Positions 9,939-19,888 of a stretch of DNA of 64,000 nucleotides are shown here, one piece after another (the first letter of the stretch is position 1; each line of letters opens with the position of its first letter). The notes beneath the pieces were generated by a model. That model did no database searches and had not been told where the DNA came from. It saw only the letters and a program-made list of their open reading frames with translations. Source of the DNA: Candidatus Eiseniibacteriota bacterium (lineage in GTDB: Bacteria; Eisenbacteria; RBG-16-71-46; JACRLI01). The DNA is taken from NCBI GenBank assembly GCA_025351485.1, contig JANXVU010000073.1, positions 9,216 through 73,215 of the forward strand, in the 5' to 3' direction. Both the position numbers and the translations under genes were made by a program.

Positions 9939-10367
9939 ATGAACGCTGAAGAGGAACTCCGGGCCATGGTCGACCGTGAAACAGCCGCTTGGGATCGCCA
10001 AGACGCCGATGCACTTGTCGATCTCTTTCATCCCGACATGGTCTGGCCCTGGCCGCCTGACTCCCAGGCACATGACCCGGTTCTTTGGGTGCTTCCGCAG
10101 GGTCGATTCCATCGGGAGCGGTGGAAGGCGGGGTGGGAAGAGCTCTTCAAGACCCACGGTCTGCTGCACAACCATCGGCAGGCCGTGCGGCCGCAGATCT
10201 CGGCGGAAGGGGACGCTGGGTTCGCGGTTGATGTGGACACTGCATGGCGACGCCACTCCGACGGAGCGGAGGTCCGCTGGAACGGCCGCGCTTGCAAGGG
10301 CTACACGAAGGTCGGTGACCGCTGGTTCTGGATTTTCCACACAGGGCTGCTTGAGTACCCACAGTGA
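9939..10367 (+). CDS. SnoaL/NTF2-like family protein
   Basis: MVDRETAAWDRQDADALVDLFHPDMVWPWPP...HTGLLEY. Confidence 0.8.
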   Translation: MNAEEELRAMVDRETAAWDRQDADALVDLFHPDMVWPWPPDSQAHDPVLWVLPQGRFHRERWKAGWEELFKTHGLLHNHRQAVRPQISAEGDAGFAVDVDTAWRRHSDGAEVRWNGRACKGYTKVGDRWFWIFHTGLLEYPQ

Positions 10368-10515
10368 GGCCGCCGTAGCGTCAGGCTCCCAGGAGTGGCC
10401 GGCTTATTTATTTGTGAAAATGTTAGTTACGCGCCAGGGAGCCCGTATCGTATTCGATCAGCCGCCTACGAAGCCTGGACGCCGCCTCACCCGCCTCGTC
10501 GACACCCGCTGACTA

Positions 10516-10533
10516 GTTAACACGGCGTTTACA
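10516..10533 (+). promoter_or_regulatory. Putative Pho box upstream of the porin-pst operon
   Basis: gTTAACAcggc gTTTACA: TT(A/T)ACA direct repeats with an 11-bp period. Confidence 0.65.
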
Positions 10534-10678
10534 TTCCTGAAATGTCCGGCCCCCTTCCGGGGTGGGAAGCTTCCAGCGTGCCTGCGGCGCGGTTCCGCTC
10601 GCATGTGGAGGCTCCGACTTCATGGGAGTTTCCACGGATCCGGCCAGGGGTCCGAGAGCCCGCATTTGGAGGTTGGAC

Positions 10679-11809
10679 TTGCTTCGTAGACTCTCCTCGT
10701 TCCTCGCGCTGCCCCTCTTCCTGCTGTTGATGGCCCGCCCGGCATGGTCCCAGGAAGCCGCCGCTGCCGACTCCGACACCACGGTCACCCGGGAAACGGT
10801 GGACGACCTGCGGCAGGAAATGAACGCCGCGCTATCGGAGCTCACCGCACGGCTGAACGAGGCCCGCAACCGGATCGCCCAGGACGGCGTGGACGGCGTG
10901 ATCTACGCCCGCTGGAACGACGACCTGGCCCAGCAGCACGGGAAAAACCAGTTCGACCTGGACCGCGTGTATCTGAACGTGCGCGGCACGCTGAACCGGA
11001 GCGGCGTTTACCGGGTGACCCTGGACGTCTCTCGGACCTCCGGCGACCGCTTCTTCGAGTTCCTCAAATACGCCTACGGCGGGATCGCGTTCAATCCCCA
11101 CGCCACGGTGTTGCTGGGAATGCAACAGACGCCCCTCATCGATTTCCAGGAAGGACTCTGGAAATACCGTTTTTTGCAGAAGGTCATGTCGGACAACGAA
11201 GGCAAGCTGACCAGTTCCGATCTGGGCGTGGGAGCCGAGGGTGTGGTCAACCCCGACCTGAGCTACAAGGTCATGATCTCCAACGGCGAAGGCTCCAACG
11301 CGGCCGAAAAGGGCCGGGACAAAACCTTCGCCGGACGCCTGACCTACATCCTGAAGCCCGGGCTGCGGCTATCGGCCTTCGCCCAGTACGGCCTCACCGA
11401 CACCACGGACCTGGACAGCAAGGGCAAGCCCTTCCGCACCCAGGGGCTGGTGAAGGACCGCTACGACTTCCTGGCCAGCTACGAGCGGCCGGATGCGGTG
11501 GTTTACCTGGAAGCCCTGGGCGCCGAGGACCAGTCCACTCCCGGCGGGCACCGCACCCAGTCGGGGGGCGTGAGCCTTGCCGGATGGTGGGAATTCATCC
11601 AGGACTGGCGCGCGGTGGGCAAGTTCGACAACTTTGACCCGGACCGCCAGAAGCCGGACAACGCCCACCTCGGGGGCATGCTCGGCGTGAGCTACAACTG
11701 GGGCAACAACCTGGTGGTGGCGCTCACCGATCAGTTCGTGAACTACGGCAACCTGGCGAAGAAGACCAACACCAACCAACTCTTTGTCCAGGCGCAGATC
11801 ACCTACTAA
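10679..11809 (+). CDS. Outer-membrane porin, probably phosphate-selective (OprO/OprP-like role)
   Basis: TTG 10679 after GGAGG; signal peptide, coiled segment, FDLDRVYLNV, FLKYAY, terminal QITY; first gene of the pst operon. Confidence 0.8.
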   Translation: MLRRLSSFLALPLFLLLMARPAWSQEAAAADSDTTVTRETVDDLRQEMNAALSELTARLNEARNRIAQDGVDGVIYARWNDDLAQQHGKNQFDLDRVYLNVRGTLNRSGVYRVTLDVSRTSGDRFFEFLKYAYGGIAFNPHATVLLGMQQTPLIDFQEGLWKYRFLQKVMSDNEGKLTSSDLGVGAEGVVNPDLSYKVMISNGEGSNAAEKGRDKTFAGRLTYILKPGLRLSAFAQYGLTDTTDLDSKGKPFRTQGLVKDRYDFLASYERPDAVVYLEALGAEDQSTPGGHRTQSGGVSLAGWWEFIQDWRAVGKFDNFDPDRQKPDNAHLGGMLGVSYNWGNNLVVALTDQFVNYGNLAKKTNTNQLFVQAQITY

Positions 11810-11849
11810 CTTCACCGGCCCGCACGGCGGAAGAGAGGATTTCTCCCAT

Positions 11850-12893
11850 ATGACGTGGAACCGAGTTCGCACTTCGCTGGCGGCCTTCGTGCTGCTGGCC
11901 ACGACTTCCACCTGCGGCACGGCGGGCGGGCTGACCGGCGCCGGCGCCACCTTTCCCTACCCGATCTATTCCAAGTGGTTCGACGAGTACGGCAAGATCA
12001 ACAAGGGCGTGAACATCAACTATCAATCCATCGGCAGCGGCGGCGGTATCCGCCAGATCACCGACCGCACCGTGGACTTTGGCGCCAGCGACGCCTTCAT
12101 GTCGGAAGAGCAGTTGTCCAAGGCGCCGGGCATCCAACACATTCCCACCGTGATCGGCGCCGTGGTGGTGGTGTACAACCTGCCGGGCGTGGGCGCTCGG
12201 CTCACACTGGACGGGGAAGCCATCACCTCGATCTTCCTGGGCCAGATCACGAATTGGAGCGATGCCAAGATCGCCTCGCTCAACCCGGGTGTGAAGCTGC
12301 CGTCCAAACAGATCACCGTGGTGCACCGCAGCGACGGTTCCGGGACAACCAACATCTTCACCGACTACCTGAGCCACGTCAGCACCCAGTGGGCCAAGTC
12401 GGTGGGCAAGAACACTTCCGTGAACTGGCCGGCGGGACTCGGGGCCAAGGGCAACGAGGGCGTGGCCGGGCAGGTGAAGGGCCTTGAAGGCGCGATCGGC
12501 TACACCGAGCTCGCCTACGCGGTGACCAACAACCTCAGCTACGCCGCGGTGAAGAACCGGGCGGGCGAGGCGGTGGTGCCTACCGTGGAGTCCACCACCA
12601 GGGCAGCGGCGGCCGCGGCCAAACAGATGCCCGCCGACCTGCGCGTGAGCATCGTGAACCCGTCCGCCAAGGGCGCCTATCCCATCGCCGGGTTCACCTA
12701 CCTGCTGGTCTACCAGGAACAGAAGAACGCCGCCAAGGGCAAGATCCTGGCCGACTTCCTGTGGTGGGCCATCCACGATGGCCAGAAGTTCGCCCCGGCC
12801 CTGCTGTATGCCCCGCTGCCGCCGCAGGTGGTGGCCAAGGACGAGGCCAAGATCAAGGCGCTGACCGCCGGCGGGAAGCCGCTGATCCCGTGA
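11850..12893 (+). CDS. pstS: Phosphate ABC transporter substrate-binding protein
   Basis: GAGATFPYP, YQSIGSGGG, HRSDGSGTT, GKGNEGV-like motifs. Confidence 0.98.
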   Translation: MTWNRVRTSLAAFVLLATTSTCGTAGGLTGAGATFPYPIYSKWFDEYGKINKGVNINYQSIGSGGGIRQITDRTVDFGASDAFMSEEQLSKAPGIQHIPTVIGAVVVVYNLPGVGARLTLDGEAITSIFLGQITNWSDAKIASLNPGVKLPSKQITVVHRSDGSGTTNIFTDYLSHVSTQWAKSVGKNTSVNWPAGLGAKGNEGVAGQVKGLEGAIGYTELAYAVTNNLSYAAVKNRAGEAVVPTVESTTRAAAAAAKQMPADLRVSIVNPSAKGAYPIAGFTYLLVYQEQKNAAKGKILADFLWWAIHDGQKFAPALLYAPLPPQVVAKDEAKIKALTAGGKPLIP

Positions 12894-13933
12894 TCGCGGT
12901 ATCGGACAAGCCCATCCGGGCGGGGGGACGCCGTTCGCGCATCCCGCCCGGCGCGTTCTCGGGCCCGCCGCCGCCGGGGCCCTCCCAGGGGAAGGAGCCG
13001 GCGGCCGGCGGCCGTTCGCGTTTCAACGCGGACGCGATCTTCCGCGGCATCACGGGCTCGTTCGCCGGTTTCGTGCTGCTGCTGGTAGCCGGCATGGCGA
13101 CGGTGATGACCATCGCCTCCATGCCGGCCATTCGCAAGTTCGGGTGGCACTTTCTGGTGTCCTCCACATGGGACCCGGTCCAGGACCAGTACGGTGCGCT
13201 ACCGTTCCTGTTCGGCACGCTGCTATCCTCTTTCCTGGCGCTCCTGATCGCGGTCCCGCTGTCGCTGGGGATCGCGACCTTCCTTTCCGAGCTGGCCCCG
13301 GAGCGTCCCGCGCGCATCCTGGGATTCCTGGTCGAGCTGCTGGCGGCGATCCCCAGCGTGATCTACGGGCTGTGGGGCATCTTCGTGATGGTGCCGATGC
13401 TGCGAAACGGGCCGCAGGCATGGCTTTCCGCGCACCTCGGCTTCCTGCCCATCTTCGCCGGCCCGGCCTACGGCGTAGGGATGATGGCCGCCGGGCTCAT
13501 CCTGGCCATCATGATCCTGCCGACGATTTCCGCGATCAGCCTGGAAGTGTTCCGCGCGGTCCCGCGCGCGCAGCGCGAGGCCGCGCTGGCGCTGGGCGCC
13601 ACGCGCTGGGAGACCACCCGCATGGCGGTGCTGTCTTACGCCCGCCCGGGAATCCTGGGCGCGGTGATCCTGGGGCTGGGACGCGCCCTCGGGGAAACCA
13701 TGGCCGTCACCATGCTGATCGGGAACCGCCCGGCCATATCGGCGTCGCTGCTCGCGCCTGGATACACCATGGCCAGCGTGATCGCCAACGAATTTTCCGA
13801 GGCCACCGGCGACCTGTACCTGTCGGCATTGATCGAAGTGGCGCTGGTGCTGTTCGGCCTCACCGTCCTGCTCAACGTGGGCGCGCGCTACCTGGTGTGG
13901 AGCACCGTCAAGCGCGGGGAGAACCGGGCATGA
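12890..13933 (+). CDS. pstC: Phosphate ABC transporter permease
   Basis: [42 protein letters not shown] overlap with pstS. Confidence 0.97.
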   Translation: MIAVSDKPIRAGGRRSRIPPGAFSGPPPPGPSQGKEPAAGGRSRFNADAIFRGITGSFAGFVLLLVAGMATVMTIASMPAIRKFGWHFLVSSTWDPVQDQYGALPFLFGTLLSSFLALLIAVPLSLGIATFLSELAPERPARILGFLVELLAAIPSVIYGLWGIFVMVPMLRNGPQAWLSAHLGFLPIFAGPAYGVGMMAAGLILAIMILPTISAISLEVFRAVPRAQREAALALGATRWETTRMAVLSYARPGILGAVILGLGRALGETMAVTMLIGNRPAISASLLAPGYTMASVIANEFSEATGDLYLSALIEVALVLFGLTVLLNVGARYLVWSTVKRGENRA

Positions 13934-14787
13934 TCGCCTCCGAATCCCAGCTGCAGCGCCGCCAGTGGCTGAGCCACGCGATGACCGCGGGCGCGTTCCT
14001 GTGCGTGCTGCTGGCGCTGGTCCCGCTGGTCAGTGTGCTGGTCTACATCGGTGGGGAGGGGCTGCGCGCCATCAACCTGGACTTCTTTCTGCACCTGCCC
14101 AAGCCGGTGGGGGAAGTGGGCGGCGGGATGGCCAACGCCATCGTGGGCTCCCTGGAACTGCTGGCGCTGGCCTGCCTGTTCGGGCTGCCGGTGGGGATCC
14201 TGGGCGGCGTTTACCTTTCCGAGTTCGGCTCCTCCAAGTTCGCCACGGCGGTGCGCTTCACCGCCGACGTGCTGAGCGGCGTGCCGTCCATCGTGGTGGG
14301 CGTATTCGTGTTCACCCTGATGGTGCGGCCGATGCACAGTTTTTCGGCGCTGGCGGGTGGCGTGGCCCTGGGGATTCTCATGATTCCGGTGGTGATGCGA
14401 ACCACCGAGGAACTGATGCGCCTGGTGCCGGGGTCGCTGCGCGAGGCCGCGCTGGCGCTGGGCGTGCCGCGCTGGCGGACCATCCTGCTGGTGGTGCTAG
14501 CCAACGCCCGAGGTGGTATCCTGACCGGCGTGATGCTGGCGATCGCCCGCGTGGCGGGGGAGACCGCGCCGCTGCTGTTCACGGCGCTCGGCAACCGGTT
14601 CTGGTCCTTCAGTCTGAAGGAGCCGATCTCCTCCCTGCCGGTCCAGATCTTCACCTACTCGATCGCGCCCTACGACGACTGGCATCGCCAGGCGTGGGCA
14701 GGGGCGCTGGTGCTGATCCTGATGGTGTTGAGTCTCAACATCGCGGGGCGCCTGGCGCTCCGGCGAAGGATGGAAAAGGCCCGATGA
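13930..14787 (+). CDS. pstA: Phosphate ABC transporter permease
   Basis: [29 protein letters not shown]. Confidence 0.97.
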   Translation: MIASESQLQRRQWLSHAMTAGAFLCVLLALVPLVSVLVYIGGEGLRAINLDFFLHLPKPVGEVGGGMANAIVGSLELLALACLFGLPVGILGGVYLSEFGSSKFATAVRFTADVLSGVPSIVVGVFVFTLMVRPMHSFSALAGGVALGILMIPVVMRTTEELMRLVPGSLREAALALGVPRWRTILLVVLANARGGILTGVMLAIARVAGETAPLLFTALGNRFWSFSLKEPISSLPVQIFTYSIAPYDDWHRQAWAGALVLILMVLSLNIAGRLALRRRMEKAR

Positions 14788-15587
14788 ACCGCCCCGAGAC
14801 TCTTCCAGGTCGCGAAACGGCCGCGCCCGCAGGGGGCGGCCGCATCGAGGTGCGAGGGCTGCACGCCTGGTTCGGCACCCACCAGGTGCTGCACGGCATC
14901 GACCTGGATTTTTCGCCGCGCCAGGTGACGGCCATCATCGGCCCGTCGGGCTGCGGCAAGTCCACGCTGCTGCGCACCATGAACCGCCTGCACGAGGAAA
15001 CGCCCGGGACCCGGCTCACCGGCTCGATCACCCTGGACGGCGAGGACATCCACGCTCCCGGGACCGACGCGGTGCGCCTGCGCCGGGATGTGGGCATGGT
15101 GTTCCAGCGGCCCAACCCGTTCCCGAACATGTCGGTGCGCGACAACGTGCTGGCCGGCTTCAAGCTGAACCACGAAAAGCGCAAGGACGAGCGGGAGATC
15201 CTGGAGCGCACCCTGCGCTCGGCCGCCCTGTGGGACGAGCTCAAGGACATGCTCCACAAGCCCGGCAGCAGCCTTTCCGGGGGGCAGCAGCAGCGCCTGT
15301 GCATCGCGCGCGCCCTGGCCGTGGAGCCCAAGGTGCTGCTGATGGACGAGCCGTGCTCGGCGCTTGATCCCGTCTCCACCAACAAGATCGAGGAGCTCAT
15401 CTTCGAGCTGAAGAAGAGCCTCACGATCGTGATCGTGACCCACAACATGCAGCAGGCCGCGCGGGTATCGGACTTCACCGCGTTCCTGATGGTGGGCAAG
15501 CTGGTGGAGGTTGGGGCCACGCGCAAGATATTCACTTCCCCGGAGCAGCGGCTCACCGAGGATTACGTCACGGGGCGGTTCGGGTAA
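14784..15587 (+). CDS. pstB: Phosphate ABC transporter ATP-binding protein
   Basis: [41 protein letters not shown]. Confidence 0.98.
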   Translation: MNRPETLPGRETAAPAGGGRIEVRGLHAWFGTHQVLHGIDLDFSPRQVTAIIGPSGCGKSTLLRTMNRLHEETPGTRLTGSITLDGEDIHAPGTDAVRLRRDVGMVFQRPNPFPNMSVRDNVLAGFKLNHEKRKDEREILERTLRSAALWDELKDMLHKPGSSLSGGQQQRLCIARALAVEPKVLLMDEPCSALDPVSTNKIEELIFELKKSLTIVIVTHNMQQAARVSDFTAFLMVGKLVEVGATRKIFTSPEQRLTEDYVTGRFG

Positions 15588-15593
15588 GCGTGA

Positions 15594-16187
15594 ATGGGGG
15601 GGAAAAGTGTGATCTCCAAGTGGTTGTCTTCGGGATTGTTTCTTGTGCTCTCCTTTTCGTCACTCCCGGCCCTGGCCATCGTGGTCCAGGGCCCCCCGCT
15701 CGGCCTTGATCGCCTGTCCCACAAAGCCTCTCGAATTGTCGTGGCGACTGCAAAGTATGACCCGCTTGTCGTCCGCGCCGTTCGCTGGGCGGGGCCATTC
15801 GGAACCCGTCCCTGGCGCCTGAGATTTAATCGGATTGACGTGTTTGTCGAAAGGGTTATCGAGAGCGACTCCGCCTGCTTCCCAGGAGACACTCTCCGGG
15901 GCGCTCGCCAATTCTAAAGCGAAGATGCCGACAGGTTCGAGGCGGTCGAGGGGAACGGGCAAAGGTACTTGCTCTTCCTCGGGTCCGATAAGCCTCCACC
16001 GGAATTCACGAACTACCACGAATTCGTATATCCCCTTGATCCCCACGACGCCGTCTTCCCAATTCCACCTGACTCGATTCTCCACAAGGTGCGATTGGCG
16101 GACGGGGATTCGAGCCGCGTGATGGACATGCCACTCGCGGAGTGCATCCGGCGAATCCACGAAGTCCGGTCCAGGCGCCGGCGCTAG
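15594..16187 (+). pseudogene. Secreted hypothetical protein interrupted by an in-frame TAA (15915-15917)
   Basis: ORFs 15594-15917 and 15969-16187 share a frame; readthrough gives QF*SEDADRFEAVEGNGQRYLLFLG; signal peptide at N-terminus. Confidence 0.55.
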
Positions 16188-16215
16188 CGTCGACTGAGAG
16201 TTGAGAGGGGAAAAG

Positions 16216-16704
16216 ATGGCCGCATCCAAGACTTCCGCCAAGAAGGCCGCCGCGAAGAAGCCGTCCAGGAAGAAGGCTGTGGCGAAGCGCCCCGCGGCCC
16301 GGAAGCCCGCTCCAAAGTCTGCGGGCGCTCCCGTGAACGGCACCGCCGAAGTCGACGCCTACATGCAGAAACTCAAGCACCCCAGGAAGGCCGAGATGGA
16401 GGCCGTGCGGGCCATCATCCTGAACGCCGACAGGAAGATATCCGAGCGCGTGAAATGGAACGCTCCGAGTTTCTTCTACATCCAGGACCTGGCGGCTTTC
16501 AACTGGCGTTCCACGAAATTCGCGCACTTGATCCTGCTGTTCCCCGACGGCAAGGGCATGAGCGACAGTCCCGGCCTGCTGGAAGGCACCCACGCGAACC
16601 GTCGCGAGGCCAAGTTCCACGACATGGCCGACGTCCAAGCCAAAAAGCCCGCGTTGGAAAAGCTCGTGAAGGCCTGGGTCAAGCGCATGGGTGCCGCCAT
16701 GTGA
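16216..16704 (+). CDS. DUF1801 (YdhG-like) protein with Lys/Ala-rich N-terminus
   Basis: EVDAYM..L.HP.K.E.EAVR.IIL....I.E.VKWNAPSF. Confidence 0.88.
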   Translation: MAASKTSAKKAAAKKPSRKKAVAKRPAARKPAPKSAGAPVNGTAEVDAYMQKLKHPRKAEMEAVRAIILNADRKISERVKWNAPSFFYIQDLAAFNWRSTKFAHLILLFPDGKGMSDSPGLLEGTHANRREAKFHDMADVQAKKPALEKLVKAWVKRMGAAM

Positions 16705-16765
16705 GCAGCACGGGGGGCCGCGGTGCGCACTCCCCCGGCGCGCATGGACGCCGCCTCGTTGTCCG

Positions 16766-19700
16766 CTAGGCCTCTTCCCTCAAGCTCCGCCCCTTCCACC
16801 ACGCAAACACCGCCGGGTACACCGCCAGCTCCAGCAGGAACGACGTGATCACGCCGCCCACCATCGGTGCGGCGATGCGCTTCATCACGTCGGCGCCGGT
16901 GCCGTGGCTCCACAGGATCGGGAGCAGGCCCAGCAGGATCGCCATCACCGTCATGAGCTTGGGGCGGATGCGGTGCGCCGCGCCCTCCACGATCGCTTCC
17001 GTCAGGTCGGCGCGGGTCTTGAGCCGGCCGGAGGCCAGGTGCTCCTTCACCGCCAGGTTCAGGTAGAGCAGCATCACCGTGCCGGTTTCGGCATCAAGCC
17101 CCGCCAGCGCGATCAGCCCCACCCACACCGCCACGCTCAGGTTGTAGTGCAAGAGCCACAGGATCCAAATGGCCCCGACCAGCGAAAATGGCACCGCCAG
17201 CATCACCATCAGCGACTCCGGCACCGACTTCAGGTTCATGTAGAGCAGGGCGAACACGATCAAGAGCGTGACCGGCACCACCCACAGCAGCCGCGCGCGG
17301 GCCCGCTCGTAGTACTCGAACTGCCCGGTCCAATCCACCCGGTAGCCCGGCGGCAGGGTCACCTTGCCCTCCACGGCCTTCTTGGCGTCGGCCACGTAGG
17401 AAGCCAGCGGCCTGCCGGCCACGTCCACGCTCACCAGTCCCACCAGCTGCCCGTCCTCTTCCTGGATCATGGGAGGCCCGCCACGGAACACCACGTGGGC
17501 CAACTGGCTCAGCGGCACCTGGCCGCCGCCGGGAGTGGGGACCAGCACCCGCTGCAGCGCGTCGGGGTCCTCCCGAAAGTCGCGGCTGTAGCGGACCCGG
17601 ATGTTGTAGCGCTCGCGGCCTTCCACGGTTTGTGAAACCGGAACGCCCCCGATGGCCGTCTCGATCACGTCCTGCACGTCGCCCACCGTGAGCCCGTAGC
17701 GCGCCACCGCGGCACGATCCACTTCGAAGTCCAGGTACTGCCCCCCGGTGAGCCGTTCGGCGAACGCGCTGCGTGTGCCGGGCACGTCGCGTAGCGCCTT
17801 CTCGATGGCGATGGAGGTCCGCTCCAGCACCTTCAGGTCCGGTCCGAAGACCTTGACCCCCACGGCGCTTCGCACCCCCGTGGCCAGCATCTCGTTGCGG
17901 GTCTGGATGGGCATCCACCAGATGTTGGGCATGCCGGGATAGTTCAGGGTCGAGTCCATCTTCCCGACCAGTTTTTCCCAGGTCATTCCGGCCGGCCAAC
18001 TGGACTCGGGTTTCAGGGTGATCACCGTCTCCACCATGTTCAGCGGGGCGGGATCGGTGGCGGTGCGCGCCCGCCCGATCTTGCCGAACACCCGCTCCAC
18101 TTCCGGCATGGCCTTGAGCTTCCGGTCCATGTCCTGCAGGACCGCCCCGGCGCGGGTGGAGGACATGCCCGGGGGAGAGGTGGGCATGTAGAGCAGCGTG
18201 CCCTCGTTCAAGGCCGGCATGAACTCGCTGCCGAGCTGGAGAAATGCAGGAATTGTGAGCAGCAGCAGCGCCGAGGCGAGCGCCACCACGAGTCTCCGCC
18301 GCCGCACCACCCAGCGCACCACGTGGGCATACAGGCGCATGATCGGCCGGGTGACCGGATGCTCGTTTTCCGGGCGGATGCGGCCCCGGATGAACCACAG
18401 CGCCAGCGCCGGAGTGAGCGTCACCGCGAGCAGCGCGGCCGCCGCCATGGCGTAGGTCTTGGTCAAGGCCAGCGGCCGGAACAGCCGCCCTTCCGTTCCC
18501 TGCAGCGTGAAGATGGGCAGGAAGGAGATCGTGATCACCAGCAGCGCGAAAAAGATGGGATGTCCGACTTCTTGCAGGCCCTCGATCACCACATCGGACC
18601 GATTACCCGGTCGCCCGGCCCGCTCCCATACCTCCAGCTTCCGGTGCACGTTCTCCACCATGATGATGGAGGCGTCCACCATGGCTCCCACGGCCACTGC
18701 AATCCCGCCCAGGGACATGATGTTGGCCGACACGCCCTGGAACAGCAGCGGAATAAAGGCCAGCAGCACCGCGACCGGCAGCGACAGGATCGGGATCAGC
18801 GCGCTCCGGAAGTGAAACAGGAACAGCACGATCACCGCGCTCACGATGATCATCTCTTCCAGAAGGCTGCGGTTCAGCGTGTGGATCGCGCGCTCGATCA
18901 GCTGCGACCGGTCGTAGGTCACCACGATCTCCACGCCGGGAGGGAGCGACTTCTTCGCCTCGGCCATGCGGAGCTTGACCCCTTGGATCACTTTCAGGGC
19001 GTTCTCGCGCTGGCGCATGATGACGATCCCGCCCACCACCTCGCCCCGTCCGTCCAGTTCGGCGATTCCGCGGCGGGGCTCCGGGCCCAGGTGCACCGAG
19101 CCCAGGTCGCGCAGGAAGACGGGCGCGCCGGAGGAGTCGCTCGAAACGGCCACCTGTTCCAGATCGCCGGTGGAGCGGATGTAGCCGCGGCCGCGGATCA
19201 CGTGCTCGTGCTCGGCGATCTCGACCGAGCCTCCGCCCACGTCCTGGTTGGAGCGCCGGATGGCCTCTCCCACCCGGGAAAGCGGGATCCCGTAGGCCAG
19301 CAGCCGGTTCGGGTCCAGGTCCACTTGGTACTCGCGCACGAACCCGCCGATGGAGGCCACTTCGGCCACGCCGTCCACCTGCTGCAGCCAGTAGCGGAGC
19401 GTCCAGTCCTGGATGGAACGCAGCTCGGACAGGTCATGCCGCCCGGTGGTGTCCACCAGGGCGTATTCGTACACCCATCCGACGCTGGTCGCGTCGGGGC
19501 CCAGCGAGGGCGTGACGCCCTCGGGCAGGCGGCCGCGGATCGAGGCCAGGTATTCGTTCACCCGGCTCCGGGCCCAGTACATGTCCACGCCGTCCTTGAA
19601 GATCACGTACACGAAGGAATCGCCCAGCATGCTCTGCCCGCGCACGTAGCGCACCCGCGGCACCGAGCGCAGCGCCGAGACGATGGGGTAGGTGATCTGG

Positions 19701-19888
19701 TCTTCCACCAGGTCGGGGCTGCGGCCCATCCACTCGGTGCTGACGATGACCTGCGTGTCGGAAAGATCAGGTACCGCATCGAGCGGCGTGCGGGAAAGGC
19801 ACCAGGCCCCGGCGGCGGCGCCCGCGAGCACCATCAGCACCGTGAGTCCGGCGTGACGGGCGCACCATGCGATGAGCCGCTCGATCAC
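16766..19888 (-). CDS. cusA: Heavy-metal RND efflux pump, CusA/SilA-type
   Basis: PLDAVPDLSDTQV, LGPDAT, WWMPIQTRNEMLATG, RIRPKLMT; GTG start overlaps the cusB stop. Confidence 0.95.
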   Translation of the reverse strand: MIERLIAWCARHAGLTVLMVLAGAAAGAWCLSRTPLDAVPDLSDTQVIVSTEWMGRSPDLVEDQITYPIVSALRSVPRVRYVRGQSMLGDSFVYVIFKDGVDMYWARSRVNEYLASIRGRLPEGVTPSLGPDATSVGWVYEYALVDTTGRHDLSELRSIQDWTLRYWLQQVDGVAEVASIGGFVREYQVDLDPNRLLAYGIPLSRVGEAIRRSNQDVGGGSVEIAEHEHVIRGRGYIRSTGDLEQVAVSSDSSGAPVFLRDLGSVHLGPEPRRGIAELDGRGEVVGGIVIMRQRENALKVIQGVKLRMAEAKKSLPPGVEIVVTYDRSQLIERAIHTLNRSLLEEMIIVSAVIVLFLFHFRSALIPILSLPVAVLLAFIPLLFQGVSANIMSLGGIAVAVGAMVDASIIMVENVHRKLEVWERAGRPGNRSDVVIEGLQEVGHPIFFALLVITISFLPIFTLQGTEGRLFRPLALTKTYAMAAAALLAVTLTPALALWFIRGRIRPENEHPVTRPIMRLYAHVVRWVVRRRRLVVALASALLLLTIPAFLQLGSEFMPALNEGTLLYMPTSPPGMSSTRAGAVLQDMDRKLKAMPEVERVFGKIGRARTATDPAPLNMVETVITLKPESSWPAGMTWEKLVGKMDSTLNYPGMPNIWWMPIQTRNEMLATGVRSAVGVKVFGPDLKVLERTSIAIEKALRDVPGTRSAFAERLTGGQYLDFEVDRAAVARYGLTVGDVQDVIETAIGGVPVSQTVEGRERYNIRVRYSRDFREDPDALQRVLVPTPGGGQVPLSQLAHVVFRGGPPMIQEEDGQLVGLVSVDVAGRPLASYVADAKKAVEGKVTLPPGYRVDWTGQFEYYERARARLLWVVPVTLLIVFALLYMNLKSVPESLMVMLAVPFSLVGAIWILWLLHYNLSVAVWVGLIALAGLDAETGTVMLLYLNLAVKEHLASGRLKTRADLTEAIVEGAAHRIRPKLMTVMAILLGLLPILWSHGTGADVMKRIAAPMVGGVITSFLLELAVYPAVFAWWKGRSLREEA

